DNA from: Salpingoeca rosetta
Taxonomy: Eukaryota > Protista > Choanoflagellata
Length of the DNA: 64,000 nucleotides
Direction of reading: 5' to 3'
Assembly (NCBI GenBank): GCA_033442325.1
Contig: JAWQFM010000027.1
Span: 999,251-1,063,250 of the forward strand
Shown: positions 24,059 through 41,408 of the stretch, one piece after another
How positions within the stretch are numbered: position 1 is the first letter of the stretch
Layout: every line of letters starts with the position of its first letter
Program-made: the position numbers and the translations under genes
Notes under the pieces: model-generated
Database searches by the model: none
Told to the model about the DNA's origin: nothing
The model's input: only the letters and a program-made list of their open reading frames with translations

Positions 24059-25328
24059 CACACACACACACACACACACACGCACACACACACACACACG
24101 CACGCACACGTGTACGTTCACATGCACGTTGAATCATTTCCATGGTGTACCCTGGTGCTCTGCCACATGCACGTCGGCACTGTAGCCGTGCAGTCTGTGT
24201 TTGGGCGGACGGCGTTCTGGTGCCGCGACGGGGAGCAGCAGGCGCGCGCGTGTGTGCAGCGTGCGCGGCAGCAGCGGATACGGCGGTGCTTTGAGCTCAT
24301 CCCCGTCATGGAGAACAGCATCTGGTCCATGACGCTTCCACGCAGCGGCGACGTCGTCACACGTGAGCATTGAAACCATGTCCTGCTGCGGGGCGAGGTG
24401 TTGTGCTATTGTGGTATTGTGGTGCGTGATGTGGTGCGTGATGCTTTGAACTGTGGTGTGTGACTTTCGGTGCTGTGGTGTGTGTCACCATGTGTCGTGG
24501 TGTTCCCCATCGTGAAGTCAGCGCTCACCCCCACACTTCCCCGCTCCTTCCTTTCTCCGACACCATCGCTGCAGCGTTCCGGGAGGCGCCGGAGCGGGTT
24601 GTGCTGACGTTGCGCTTGTGCGAGACGCTGATGGCGCTGGTCATGAACGCGCTGTCCACCACTCCAACGGCGTCAAAGGCAACCAAACCGCCATACAAGG
24701 TGTGCCTACTGTTGCTGTTGTCGTTGCTGTCTGCTGTTGTTGCTGTTGTTGCTGTTGTTGCTGTTGCGGTGAACGCACGACTCGTGATGTGTTGGTCGCG
24801 CGCACGCACCAATCACACCAACCACACCAGTCACAGCGCACAATCACACCTCATGCCCCTTCACCACCACCACCACCACCACCGTCACCACCCTGCCACT
24901 GCATGTTGCTGCAGCCTGCTGGGGATGGAGAGGTGCCCAAGCACCGGCTCGACACGATCCAGGGCGCCAGTCAGCAGCAGGCCGAGGTGATGCTTTGATT
25001 GTTCCCTAGTTTGTCATGAGCACATGCACGTGACAACCGCAGTAGTGCGCGACACGGCAGCCGTAGAGCCTACAGCGCGCATTCCGCACTCAACTACTCA
25101 GTCATGTTGCTCACTTCCTCATCCACACATTTACCCACGCACTCACTCACTCCCTCATTTCCTCTCCCCGCGTCCATCTCGCCCTCGCCCTCTTGCTGCA
25201 ACCAGGACCGCGTGCTGGATGTGCACCGCTCCCTGTGCGAGCGCGCCGTCGTCACGTTTCTCCGCGATGGCGCCCTGCCCTCGGCGTTTCCCCCAGAGTA
25301 CGATCAACCAGGGAGGGCGTGGTGTTGA
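22410..25328 (+). CDS. Hypothetical multi-exon protein with coiled-coil-like N-half. The 5' end is uncertain (possible exons back to about 21441)
   Basis: Series of AG/GT-bounded, GC-rich coding segments: [24 protein letters not shown]; [21 protein letters not shown]; [30 protein letters not shown]; [29 protein letters not shown]; [26 protein letters not shown]; [22 protein letters not shown]...AWC*. No family recognised. Confidence 0.7.
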
Positions 25329-25409
25329 GGGCTATTTGCGATGATGGAAATGATGGTGGTGGTGCCAGGTCACACCATGTGTCGACCACGCACTCGTGAC
25401 CAAACAACA

Positions 25410-25444
<35 letters not shown>

Positions 25445-25599
25445 GCAAACTCTGCAGTGTCTCTGGCTCGAGCTTCCTGGCCATCATTCTTCGCTGCTGC
25501 AATCCAGAGATCAACCCAAACCTCGGCGCAGGCAGACCCCTCACAGGTGCTGTTGTGTGTGTGTGTGTGTGTGTGTGTATGCGTGTGTGTGTGTGTGTA

Positions 25600-25666
<67 letters not shown>

Positions 25667-26303
25667 TTGCGTGGTTGCTCACACCAGCACCTCTCCCCCC
25701 ACCTCGCCTCTTGCTCTTGCTGTTGCCTGCAGACGAGACGATGGAGGCCATTTTCGCGCGGAAACCAGCGCCCCGATCTTGATGGCTCTCATGGCATGGC
25801 ATGGCATGTCTTGCTGAACAGATAAACTGGCACTCTGTATTTGTTGGGTCTCACACTTGATTGACACAGAACACACACTTCAAAACCACACGGTGATACA
25901 CACATTGTGATGCGCTTGTTGTTGCTCTACACGCCAACACGCACCTCGAGTAAATGAACAGTCACAGCCACGTCATCACAACAACCACATTCGCCTTTGC
26001 CAGCGCACAACGCATTTTCCATCTGTTTCGTCTGACACCTGAGGGAAAACTCAGCACACACGCAGCCATGTGCACAAACACGATACAGCACACACACACA
26101 CACACACGTGTACACAAACACACAAACACACGTGTACACAATACACACGACACACAAACACATGTACACAGCACACACGTGCACGAGGGAACCATGTGGA
26201 ATGGCCACATCGAAGAGAGCAAACATCGCCATTCTCGACACCAAGGAACCGAAACAGGCGCAGCATGCAGCCAGTGCGTGTGTGCGCTGTCCATCCATGC
26301 GGC

Positions 26304-27573
26304 TTAGACGTTCATGTTGAGGAGGAGGTTCTTGCCGCCGGGGAGGTACGCCACGTTCCTTGATCGCGACAGCGTGCCAGCAATGTCCTTGGCAGCCTGT
26401 TGTTGACGTGGGCCATAGTGGTGGTGGTGGACGATGATGAAGCAGAGAGAAGAGAGGAGAGAGAAAAGAGAGAGTGAGTGTGTGAGTGTGCGCGTGTGCA
26501 AGAGAGAGAGAGTGTGTGTGTGAGTGAGTGAGTGAGTGGTGTGTGTGTGTGTATGTGTGTGTGAGCCAGAAACGAAGGCATACAAACAAAGCACAGCATT
26601 AGCGCAAAGTGCAGGGCAAGCCATGGAAGATGCACACGCGAGAGAAAGAGCAAGCACAAAACAGCGGACCTCAATCTTCCTGAGCTCGATGAGACCGGTG
26701 CCGTGCTCCTGCAGGGCGTTGCTGATCAGCTTGGCCGCCTGTGGCGTCGCGGCCGCGCACACGCGTGAAGAGAAGGGGGAACAGGCGTTAGTGAGTGAAT
26801 AAGAACGGTGAGAATGGGGGGGGGGGGAGAGGGTTCGAGTTTGTGAGTGTGTAACACCACACGGGAACGCAAGAAAAAAGAACACATCACCAATCACCAC
26901 AACGCACATCATCACAATACACCATAGCACAACAAAGCGGCCGCGCAAACAAGGCACAAAGTCGCGTGTGTGCGCACCTTGGAGTCACCCTCGGCGCGGA
27001 TGATGTTTGCAATCTTCTCCTGCTCTGCGCGCTCGACAAGGAAGCGGGCGCGCTCCGCCTCCTGCTGCGCAACCTGCTTCAGCTCGACGGCGTGGGTGAA
27101 CTCGTGGCCAAAGGTGAGGTGGGTGATGGAGATGTCGTCCAGGATGATGTGGAAGTCGCGGGCGCGCGAGTTGAGGGCCTCGCGGCACTTCATCGACACA
27201 ATCTCACGCTGCGTAATCAGCTCAGCCGCATCGTGCTGGGCCTGCGGATACAGGTAAGATGGGGATGAACAAGGGTGCGGGTGCGGGTGGGGTGGGGAAG
27301 AGGTGTCGGAAGGGAAGAGAGAGGGACGTGCAGTGGTGAGTGGGATGCGGCAGTAGTGGTTAGTGTGAAACGCAGAGGGTGGCTGGTGTGACACAGTTAA
27401 CAACGCGAAGACACATGCCGGCCAGCTACGTACCACAACGGCCTTGAGGATTTCGTGACCAATGGAGGGAAGCACACGCTCTGCGTAATCGGTACCGTAG
27501 TTCTGAACGCAGTCATGTGCAATTTTGTGTGTGTGTGTGTGTGTGCGTGTGTGTGTGTGTGTGTTGTGTTGGG

Positions 27574-27635
<62 letters not shown>

Positions 27636-28357
27636 TGTTGGGAGTTTGTTTGTGTGTGTGTGTGTGTGTGTTGGGAATTTGTTTGTGAGTGCCAAAGGGT
27701 TGGGAAGGAGAAGAAGCATGCGAAAGCGCGCAAGAGCCGCGACGAGCGCACGCAGAAGCACAAAGCAGGCCACACACACGAGAGCATCACACGAAGCCCA
27801 ATGTGGCCGAGACAGACAAACCTTGAAGATCCAAGGGAGAGACTTGACCTCCGGCCTGTAGAGGATACGGAGTGTGATGTTGACGTTCTGCAAATCTGTG
27901 GATGGAGAGAGGGAGAGGGAGGTTGAGAGGGGTCACAGCGTTGATGTGTGTGTGTGTGTGTATTTGCGCATGACTTGTGCGAGGGTGCATGGCTTGTGGC
28001 TATGACCGAAAACCACACGACCGACAAGACAAGACAAGAGTTAGCAAACAAAAGCAGTGCTGTTGGCTACCTTTGCTTGGTGTGGTGACGGGGATGTTGC
28101 GGGGCTGGCTGCGCACGTCGTAGATGATGGGGCGCTGCACAACGGGAATCATAAAGTGGGTGCCCTCGGGCCTCACAATCTCAGACACACCACGGAACTG
28201 ATCGAAGATGACTGCGCGGTGGCCACCGTCGACTGTGTGTCGTGGAGTGTGTGCATGAGTGTGCATTGTGTGAGTGGAGGAGTGCGAGGCAAGGAGACGA
28301 AAAAGAAGGATGAGTGCCAGAGCTTGGGGGGAAATAGTGCGGCAACAACCCCGCCAT

Positions 28358-28393
<36 letters not shown>

Positions 28394-28547
28394 CGCACAC
28401 ACTACGCGCGCGCGCACACACACACGCAACACTACGCACACAAACAAACATACAACACACACCATCGTAGAGCGCGCCCTGGATGACGGCGCCGCCAAAG
28501 GCAATGCCGGCACCAATCCAGCCAATCCTGGTCAAGAGTGCAGCCAT
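26304..28547 (-). CDS. PHB1: Prohibitin 1 (SPFH domain), 7 exons
   Basis: [28 protein letters not shown]|[21 protein letters not shown]; [14 protein letters not shown]; [10 protein letters not shown]; ELITQRE; [26 protein letters not shown]; GLIELRKIE; [14 protein letters not shown] at 26304-26306. Confidence 0.96.
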
Positions 28548-28989
28548 GTCTGCAAGTTTTGTGTTGACTGTGTGTGTGTGTGGGTAGGTGGGGGACGAAA
28601 GGGGTTCTGTCTGTTTGGGACAAAAGACCAAAAGCAGACGCAGTTGTGAGATGGGCGTTCGAGGAATGCACACGCACACACGCACACACATGTGCCATAC
28701 ACACAGCTCTCCCAGTGTTGCTGCTCCCTTGCTGCACGCCTTGCACCCCCCACATACAACACAGCGCGCACGCACCTTCCGCCTTCTTTTGTATCTGTGG
28801 TCGTGTGTGTGTGTGGAAATGTGTTTCGCTGATTTGCACGCCACACCGCGTGGTGTGAAAGATATTGCAATGTTTCCACACTGCACGGAGACCTGTCAAT
28901 GTTGACAGCTGTGTTAGCAACACCATAAACTGCAGCGAGTCCTGACACCACACGAAACACACGAAACGGAAACCGCGAAGACGACAAAG

Positions 28990-29230
28990 ATGAGCGGCCA
29001 CAACGCAAAGCGGTTTCAGCACCTCTGCCTGCATGAGCAGGTGAACTGGCAGCGGTTCAGGGAGGTGTGGATGGCGGCGCCCATCCAGTCCATTGCAGAG
29101 TTTGCAACTGCCATCGAGGCCACCACAGGCCACGCCCCAAAACTGTGTGTTTGTCTGTATGTGTGTGGTGCAATTTGTTTGTGTGCAAGTGTGTGTGTGT
29201 GTTTGCGTGTGTGTGTGTGTGTGTGCAAGC

Positions 29231-29262
<32 letters not shown>

Positions 29263-29396
29263 TTGTGTGTTTGCGTCACGCCATCCGCAAGTTTGCTGTT
29301 TTGCGGTGCTTGCTCACTGACTGTCTTGGAGCAACAAACACACGCTCCATACATCCGAGTCTTGGCGCTGGCCAGTGCGCCCCCACTCGCTCTCTT

Positions 29397-29475
<79 letters not shown>

Positions 29476-30866
29476 NNNNNNNNNNNNNNNNNNNNNNNNN
29501 NNNNNNNNNNNNNNNNNNNNNNNNNNNNNNNNNNNNNNNNNNNNNNNNNNNNNNNNNNNNNNNNNNNNNNNNNNNNNNNNNNNNNNNNNNNNNNNNNNNN
29601 NNNNNNNNNNNNNNNNNNNNNNNNNNNNNNNNNNNNNNNNNNNNNNNNNNNNNNNNNNNNNNNNNNNNNNNNNNNNNNNNNNNNNNNNNNNNNNNNNNNN
29701 NNNNNNNNNNNNNNNNNNNNNNNNNNNNNNNNNNNNNNNNNNNNNNNNNNNNNNNNNNNNNNNNNNNNNNNNNNNNNNNNNNNNNNNNNNNNNNNNNNNN
29801 NNNNNNNNNNNNNNNNNNNNNNNNNNNNNNNNNNNNNNNNNNNNNNNNNNNNNNNNNNNNNNNNNNNNNNNNNNNNNNNNNNNNNNNNNNNNNNNNNNNN
29901 NNNNNNNNNNNNNNNNNNNNNNNNNNNNNNNNNNNNNNNNNNNNNNNNNNNNNNNNNNNNNNNNNNNNNNNNNNNNNNNNNNNNNNNNNNNNNNNNNNNN
30001 NNNNNNNNNNNNNNNNNNNNNNNNNNNNNNNNNNNNNNNNNNNNNNNNNNNNNNNNNNNNNNNNNNNNNNNNNNNNNNNNNNNNNNNNNNNNNNNNNNNN
30101 NNNNNNNNNNNNNNNNNNNNNNNNNNNNNNNNNNNNNNNNNNNNNNNNNNNNNNNNNNNNNNNNNNNNNNNNNNNNNNNNNNNNNNNNNNNNNNNNNNNN
30201 NNNNNNNNNNNNNNNNNNNNNNNNNNNNNNNNNNNNNNNNNNNNNNNNNNNNNNNNNNNNNNNNNNNNNNNNNNNNNNNNNNNNNNNNNNNNNNNNNNNN
30301 NNNNNNNNNNNNNNNNNNNNNNNNNNNNNNNNNNNNNNNNNNNNNNNNNNNNNNNNNNNNNNNNNNNNNNNNNNNNNNNNNNNNNNNNNNNNNNNNNNNN
30401 NNNNNNNNNNNNNTTGTGTGTGTGTGTGTGTGTATGCTGCTTTGTGTGTGTGTGTGTGTGTGTGTATGCTGCTTTGTGTGTGTGTGTGCTGCTGTGTGTG
30501 TGTGTGTGTGTGTGCTGCTTTGTGTGTGTGTTGATTGATTGTTGTTTGTGTGTGCACTCTGTTCATGGGTGTTTATCAGTGCTGACCCACCAACTCTCCC
30601 CTCTCCTGCTGCTCCTCTTCATGCGGCTGTTGATGTGATGTTGATGTTGGGTCTGTCCAGGTGCATTTGGCGGGAGCGTGTGGGTGAAGTCTGTGCTGCA
30701 GTGGCTGGCGGCCTCGCGTGCTGGCAGACCAATGAAGTGCGTTGCGCTGCTGCCACTGCTGTTGATGTTCAATGGCACATGCAGTTGCTGTCACGCCTGT
30801 TGTGGTCTCACCTTTACAACAACACTTGCTTGCATGTTTGCACTGCACGCACATCTTTTGCACGCT

Positions 30867-30921
<55 letters not shown>

Positions 30922-31137
30922 GCGCGCGCATACACACACACACACAACAGGTACTACATGTTTGACGCTGGGGAGGAGTTTGCGACGTCGCTTGAGCAGC
31001 TGTCGACACAGCTGTGCAATGATGGCGTGACGGTGGCGCGGGTGTACGATGTCATGCTCACGTTTGCACAACTCAATGAACCGCCACACAAACTCCACGC
31101 CTTCCTCGCAGCATCGCTTGCGCACCACGACGCGTGA
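28990..31137 (+). CDS. PARG: Poly(ADP-ribose) glycohydrolase-like (PARG macrodomain) gene, interior lost in the gap 29476-30413
   Basis: Exons 30661-30736 and 30951-31137 splice to GAFGGSVWVKSVLQWLAASRAGRPMK|YYMFDAGEEF...GVTVARVYDVML...KLHAFL. This matches the PARG C-terminal signature WGCGAFGG..K...Q..AA...R...Y.TF...TV..VY. The probable first exon is about 28990-29144. The catalytic QEE motif is not visible. Confidence 0.75.
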
Positions 31138-31144
31138 AACCTGT

Positions 31145-31182
<38 letters not shown>

Positions 31183-31440
31183 TGTGTGTGTGTGTCTGTG
31201 TGTGTGTCTGTGTCTGTCTGTCTGTCTGTCTGCGTGTGTGTGCATTGCAGTGCCACAGTCTGCTGTTGAATTGTTATTGGCTGTTCTTGGCATCTCTAAT
31301 CTCTTGTGTAAACGACAGTGAACCACAACTCCTGCGCGTCCAACCAGCCACACAAACAAACACGCAAGGCCACAGACGAAGATACATACACGTATATGTA
31401 TGCACAAAGAAGGCAAGAAGTGACATGGCGAGCTGCAACT

Positions 31441-35597
<4,157 letters not shown>

Positions 35598-36548
35598 GGT
35601 TGGTTGTGGGGATGTGTGTGTGTGTGGTTGGTGTGGTTGGTGTGGTTGGTGGCACGTGTGTGGTGGGTGGTCGAATGGGAAATGCAAAAGCAACAGCATA
35701 AACTGTAGTCGAAACATGGTGTGCCCTTTTTTTTTGTGCTTGAAGCCCTTGATGACATGACGGGTGGTCGTGTGACGCGGCGATAACAGGATAACAGAAC
35801 ATGAACCTTTCCTCCTTTGCCTTCACGCCTTCAGGCCTTCTCTCCTGCTCTCCACACGTCACACATCAACCACACGCACTCATCACACGCACTCTCTGTC
35901 ACACAAGCGACCACCCTCAGCGCATATTCTGAACTCTTCTTGGCAGCAGGCACAAAGCAAGCAAGCACGAACAAGAGGGCGGGCGGGACTGAATGAACGG
36001 GGACAAAGGATACGTGTCCTCGTGTCATGTCCGCGGAACGAGCAGAAAGAACAGCATTACAGCAGGGAGCGGGAGAACACGTGAGAGAAAGAAGAGAGAA
36101 TGAGGACACATCATGAGCGGCGAAATGATTACGCCAAAGCCAAAGTCACGTCTTCATGAAAAGAGAACGGTCAGAAGAACGCAACAACTAGAAGGCGACG
36201 GGAACGGGAACAATGAGTGACTTCAGTCACAAGTCGGAAGACCAAGGAGGTCGTTCCGTGTCACTATCAGAAGTAACAGAAGAAGACTCCGATAAAGCAA
36301 CAGAGTCGACGAGAGTTTCAGGAGCAGAATCACGAACAAACGAGCATGTCACAGCAACAAGCAAATTGCTTGGTAGCAACAAGCTAAGAACAAAGCTATC
36401 ACACACAAATACGCACATACGCAGGGCACGCACTCACACACGCACACACACACGCACACACACACGCACACGCACACGCACACACGCATAAACTCATCGT
36501 GCATCGCGAGACTGGGAAGACGAGAGAGCCGTGGGGTTGTCAAGGGAA

Positions 36549-37670
36549 CTAGGTTGTCTTGCGAAGACGGTTGAAGTAGTCTTGCACGTCCATCTTGCCC
36601 CTGCCGCCCGTTTGATCCTCAAGACGCGCGGCCTCGTTCACCTCAGTGACGACTTTCGCGCTCCGGCGAAGGTCGTCGTCCACCGCTGCCCAAAACCGCT
36701 GCTGAATCAGGTCATACAGGATGCAGTCGGTCCACAGCACCTGGCAGAAGAGGTCGCGCGTTGCCTGCGACACAACGACGGGGCCCTTCCCAACCTTCTT
36801 CAGGTGCGGGTAAACCACGTCCTTGTACGTCATATTGAGGTCTCGCTTGAGCAGCGCCATGGACAGGTCCCACTCCTCGTAAAGCAGCACAAAGTCAAGC
36901 GAATCGACAAACTCCTTTGCACGCTGCCGGAAGTTTGCGCTCTCCCGTGGCTCGTAGTCGTTTGCCAGGCCAAAGTCAAAGGCGTAGCCGATAAAGTGCA
37001 GTTGTCGCGCGTACTTGGCCACGTCGTCTCGCACCTCCGAGAGCGCGATGCGGTGGGTGGCCTCGCGCAACCATGCCTCGCGAATGTCGTTGCGGTCGAA
37101 GTGCAATTGCTGCTGGAGCTTCTTGTTGTTGTAGTAGCCGAGCGCTGAGATGAACCGGGTGATGGGGTCGCGCACGATGGTGAAGATCTTGGGGCGGTCG
37201 GGCGCCATGAGCTTGAGCAGCGTGGTGCGGGATGTCTCTGTCCAGCGAATGTGGGAGATGGCCGCCTTGAAGTGGAGCGGGTCGCGCCCGCACAAGGTGT
37301 GCGCCGGGTCGTCAAACTCTCGCGGGTACCCCAGGTGGTCATAGCAGGGAACGGCCGGCTTCAGGCCGCGACGCTCCAGCGCCTGCGCAAGCATGACAGT
37401 CACGCTCGACGACCCCGTCTTGTGCGTCTTGATGAACACAAATCCAGGAATGTCATCATCGGTGGTTGTGTTGCTTCGGGGTTGGTTACCAGCGTTCATG
37501 CTGTTGCTGCGGACACTGCGGGCGCTGTGGCGGTTGTAGGTGGCAAAGCTGCCTCCTGCCCCAAAGTCTGCACGTGTGTTGATGATGGACAAGGCAATCA
37601 CCAGCAGGACGAGCACTGCTGAGGGGTGAAGCTGCGGCCGTTGCCGCAACCGATGAAAAGCAGCTACCAT
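36549..37670 (-). CDS. Galactose-3-O-sulfotransferase-family type II membrane protein, intronless
   Basis: N-terminal signal anchor, 5'-PSB motif FIKTHKTGSSSV, 3'-PB motif TIVRDP..RFIS, and LDFVLLYEEWDLSMALLK / DCILYD segments typical of GAL3ST-like enzymes. Confidence 0.88.
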   Translation of the reverse strand: MVAAFHRLRQRPQLHPSAVLVLLVIALSIINTRADFGAGGSFATYNRHSARSVRSNSMNAGNQPRSNTTTDDDIPGFVFIKTHKTGSSSVTVMLAQALERRGLKPAVPCYDHLGYPREFDDPAHTLCGRDPLHFKAAISHIRWTETSRTTLLKLMAPDRPKIFTIVRDPITRFISALGYYNNKKLQQQLHFDRNDIREAWLREATHRIALSEVRDDVAKYARQLHFIGYAFDFGLANDYEPRESANFRQRAKEFVDSLDFVLLYEEWDLSMALLKRDLNMTYKDVVYPHLKKVGKGPVVVSQATRDLFCQVLWTDCILYDLIQQRFWAAVDDDLRRSAKVVTEVNEAARLEDQTGGRGKMDVQDYFNRLRKTT

Positions 37671-38384
37671 TGTGTGTGCTGGTGTGTGCTGGTGTGTGTG
37701 TGTGCGCGTGCGTGCGTGAGTGTGTGTGTGTGTGTGTGTGGGGGGGGGGTGTATGCGAGTGCGTGTGGGTATGCGCGCGTGCGTGTGCGTCGCTGGACTT
37801 GTGTACTGCGTTGCTCTTTGTCTTTGTCAGGTCAGGGCGTCACCATCAACGCTGTGAATGTCGTGGTGGCGTGAGCGTTGTGTGGCTGGTTGTCCAATGA
37901 TCCAACACAGCACTACAGCGCATATCGTTGCAACCAACCACTGAGCAGTGCTTGATTGGTCGGTCACGTCACAAGATTGGAGCAGAGACAAAGGGTTGCG
38001 TGAGGTGTTCACTTGGGTCATTGCTTCCCTTCGAATTCCGCAACACACGCCGGAGGCGGGAATTCCGTTACACACTGTTCGTGGCGTGTCCCAGCCACTG
38101 TTGTGTGCGTGCTGGCGGTGGCGGGCCCGTTCGTCGTCAGTGCTGGTGTGGGAATCAGACTGCCGTTGTGACGACGGCCCAAACACTCTGGAGCTCGCGC
38201 TGCTTGACACGAAGCAATCGCTCGCCTTGACGTTCGGGGACGCGCAAACAGCACATCAAGCAAGCGAGCAAAATTTAGCCCACAATGGTTGGGTCAGTGA
38301 CGAAAATGACGTCATCGATTGGGAACGCACGCGTGCACGCATGCAACAACCGCAATGCGCGTCCTCCTTGGTGACTGTGTGTGC

Positions 38385-38508
<124 letters not shown>

Positions 38509-38722
38509 TGTTTGGGTGCGCGTACACGTCCACCATACTCACACATCGCACGCATCCGTGTGCACGTGCACATGTAGCTGGAACCATTCACGTCTCAGGC
38601 AGGCCACCATCATGCAACGTTAGAACGTTGGCCACTGCCTGTATCCAAACAGCAGCGCGCGCGCGTGTGTGTGTGTATGTGTTTGTTTGTTTGTGTGTAT
38701 GTGTGTTTGTGCGTGTGTGTGT

Positions 38723-38766
<44 letters not shown>

Positions 38767-39248
38767 CTCTGCTTCGGGTCATGGTGGTGCGCCCTCGTCT
38801 TCTCTTTGCTCGCCCACTGCATTGCAGCATTGCGCTGCAGATCTTGGTGGCGGTTTGTGGCGGGGCTTCGTGTTGCTGTATGCGGTGCTGCTTGGGGAGC
38901 AGGTATCCAGCATGCAAGCCGCCGGCTATGCGGGGGCGCTGTTGTCGTTTCTGATCGACGGTGCCGTGGGAGAGTCGGAGTGAAATAGACAAGTGCCGTC
39001 AACAAGCGCAATTGTGTCCTGTGCATTTGGGATTGTCACAGAAACTGAAACATGTGGGCATCGCAAATTAAGGAAGGAAGGAAACGCGGAAACGGGCGTG
39101 GTGTTGAAGAGACGCGGGGGCAACAGGCGCTTTGAGAAGGAACAGGATGGCCGGTTTAAGAAAGAAAAGAAACAGCACTCACACAATGCAGGCTGTGCGT
39201 GAACGCAAAAGTACACACACAATGCAGACTGTGCATGAACGCAAACGT

Positions 39249-39306
<58 letters not shown>

Positions 39307-39353
39307 CAACAACAAAGGTTGCATGTGAACGACATCGTCTCCACTCTTGGTGT

Positions 39354-41349
39354 TCATGGCAGGGTTGACAAGTGCGACAAATAGGCGCCCATGTCCACCT
39401 TCACAAACACCTTGGCAAATGGGAGGACCTGCGCCTCTTGCGAAACGACGTACTCCTCAAAGGCAAACGTGCCAGGTGTGGGCGTGGCCTGTAAGTTGGT
39501 GGCGCGTGTCACCTGCGCATAGTGGGTGTCTTGGCTTTCATCAAAAGGCTTCCCATAGTAGGAGCATTCATTCGAGCCATGGGGGTAATCTGCGGCCCGG
39601 GTGATCGGGTATGCCAGGCCAACGCTGGCAGCGCACAGGAGCATCACGTGCTCTCCATTTGCATTGGATGAGCGCAAATCACCATTCAACAAAACACGCG
39701 TGGAGTACCCTGCGGCATAGCTTGTCTGCGGTGTGAGGTAGATGCCAGATCCGAAGAAGCCACGGTCGCCCGGGCTGCTAAAGTTCGCTGCCCCGCACGC
39801 ACTGATGCTGTCAGCGACAGCCTCGTCACACCCATGGAAACCCACAAGGATGTTGACGTGCTTCAAGCCGGTGCGTGTTTTTGCAAACTGCATCTTGAGT
39901 TGTTTGAGCATGGCGCGCTTCTCTGGATCACCAAGCCCAAAGTCCTTGTTGAATTTGTTTGTTGTTTTCGTGTCACCACGACGCGTTGCCGACCGCTCCA
40001 CCTGCGCTTTGAACGCCCGCAGCATCATGGTGGACTTGATCATCTCCACGCGCGACAGGGTGAGGCCCGGCGTCATCCGGCTCTCTATCCACCGGTACAA
40101 GTCAGTGTCTGGTGGCAGTGGTGCTGAATACACTCCATGTTCACTTGGCCCCCTCCATGGAAGCTGCTCATCAAAGGCATCGTCGAGCCGCCATGCAGGG
40201 TGGTGCCATTCGTGGTCGCGCAACTGCCAAGACGGCATGACAGGTGGCGGATGCGCGGGCGCCTGCAGCAACAGATCGCCAACGCGATCGGACACTGGGT
40301 TCTGGCTTTCCCTGTGGTGCGTGGACGTGACGAGCTCGTCTGGGTCCTTGCCTGTCAGGTCCCCAAGCTTGTGAGCGGCTGGGTATTTCTCGTGGCGCTT
40401 CAGGTGTTTTGTGCTGAGGACGAGGTGGACATGGTCAATCCCTCTTGCTTCCCCTTGTAGCACAGACAGCACCTGTCATCAACACCGCAAGTGAGCAGAG
40501 GATGGAATGAGGGTGAAAAATCAAAGCTGGCCATTCGCTGGCAAGTGAAGGGACAACACAACGCAAGCTCACACACAACACACACACGCCCACAAGCACT
40601 CACATTCGCTCACAAACTGACTTTTGTCATGAACGGCAGGGCCTTGTGCTCTGCGCCAGAAGGCGCCCGCACCCAGACGTCCACTTCTCGTTCGCCTCGC
40701 AGCAGTCCGAGGCACTGCACGCCATCGTGTTCACAGAAAAAGGCGTCTGGCCACACCTTCAGCGTTGCGCCAAAAGACTTGTGCAACAAAGTCTGCACGT
40801 GTGGGAAGAAGCCAGGTGGTAATGCAAGTGCTTTGCTCTCGACCACCAGCAGTCGTCCACCGTAGACGGGCCAGAAGCCCGTTCGAGGCCAGGCGGTTGC
40901 GAGATCGGCCTTCTTCTCAACACGGCTCGGCAGCATGAATTGCCGCTGGCCATCGTTCGAAGGCGGCAGCTCGAAGCAGAGGAGCGTGTGCTGCAGCACG
41001 CTGATGACAAGATCTGCGGTGGCAATGCCTCGGAATGCGGTTTCCAGGTCCGTGAAGGTCACGACGCCTTTCTTTGTGATGGAGCCTTGCTGCACGCCAT
41101 CCGGCGTCAGCGCTCTCCCCAACACGTCATGAAGCAGCCAGTTCGGGTCGACGAAGACGAAGTCCGCCAGGGAGGGCGTGCTGGAGTACCAGAGCAGATC
41201 GCCGCGTGTGTGGAGGTACCTGTGGACATGCAAAAAGTATGGGTTAGCAGGGAGTGGAGGGTGTAAACGCGCAACACATGATTGAGGGATGAAAGTGTGA
41301 CTACCATGAAACTCCTCAACTCCTACGGCCAAACACACACGCACACACG

Positions 41350-41408
<59 letters not shown>

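Noticed and set aside
36213-36491. 92-aa Ser/Glu-rich ORF between DDX27 and the sulfotransferase
   Set aside because: No motif or splice support, and it ends in a microsatellite. Probably UTR or intergenic.
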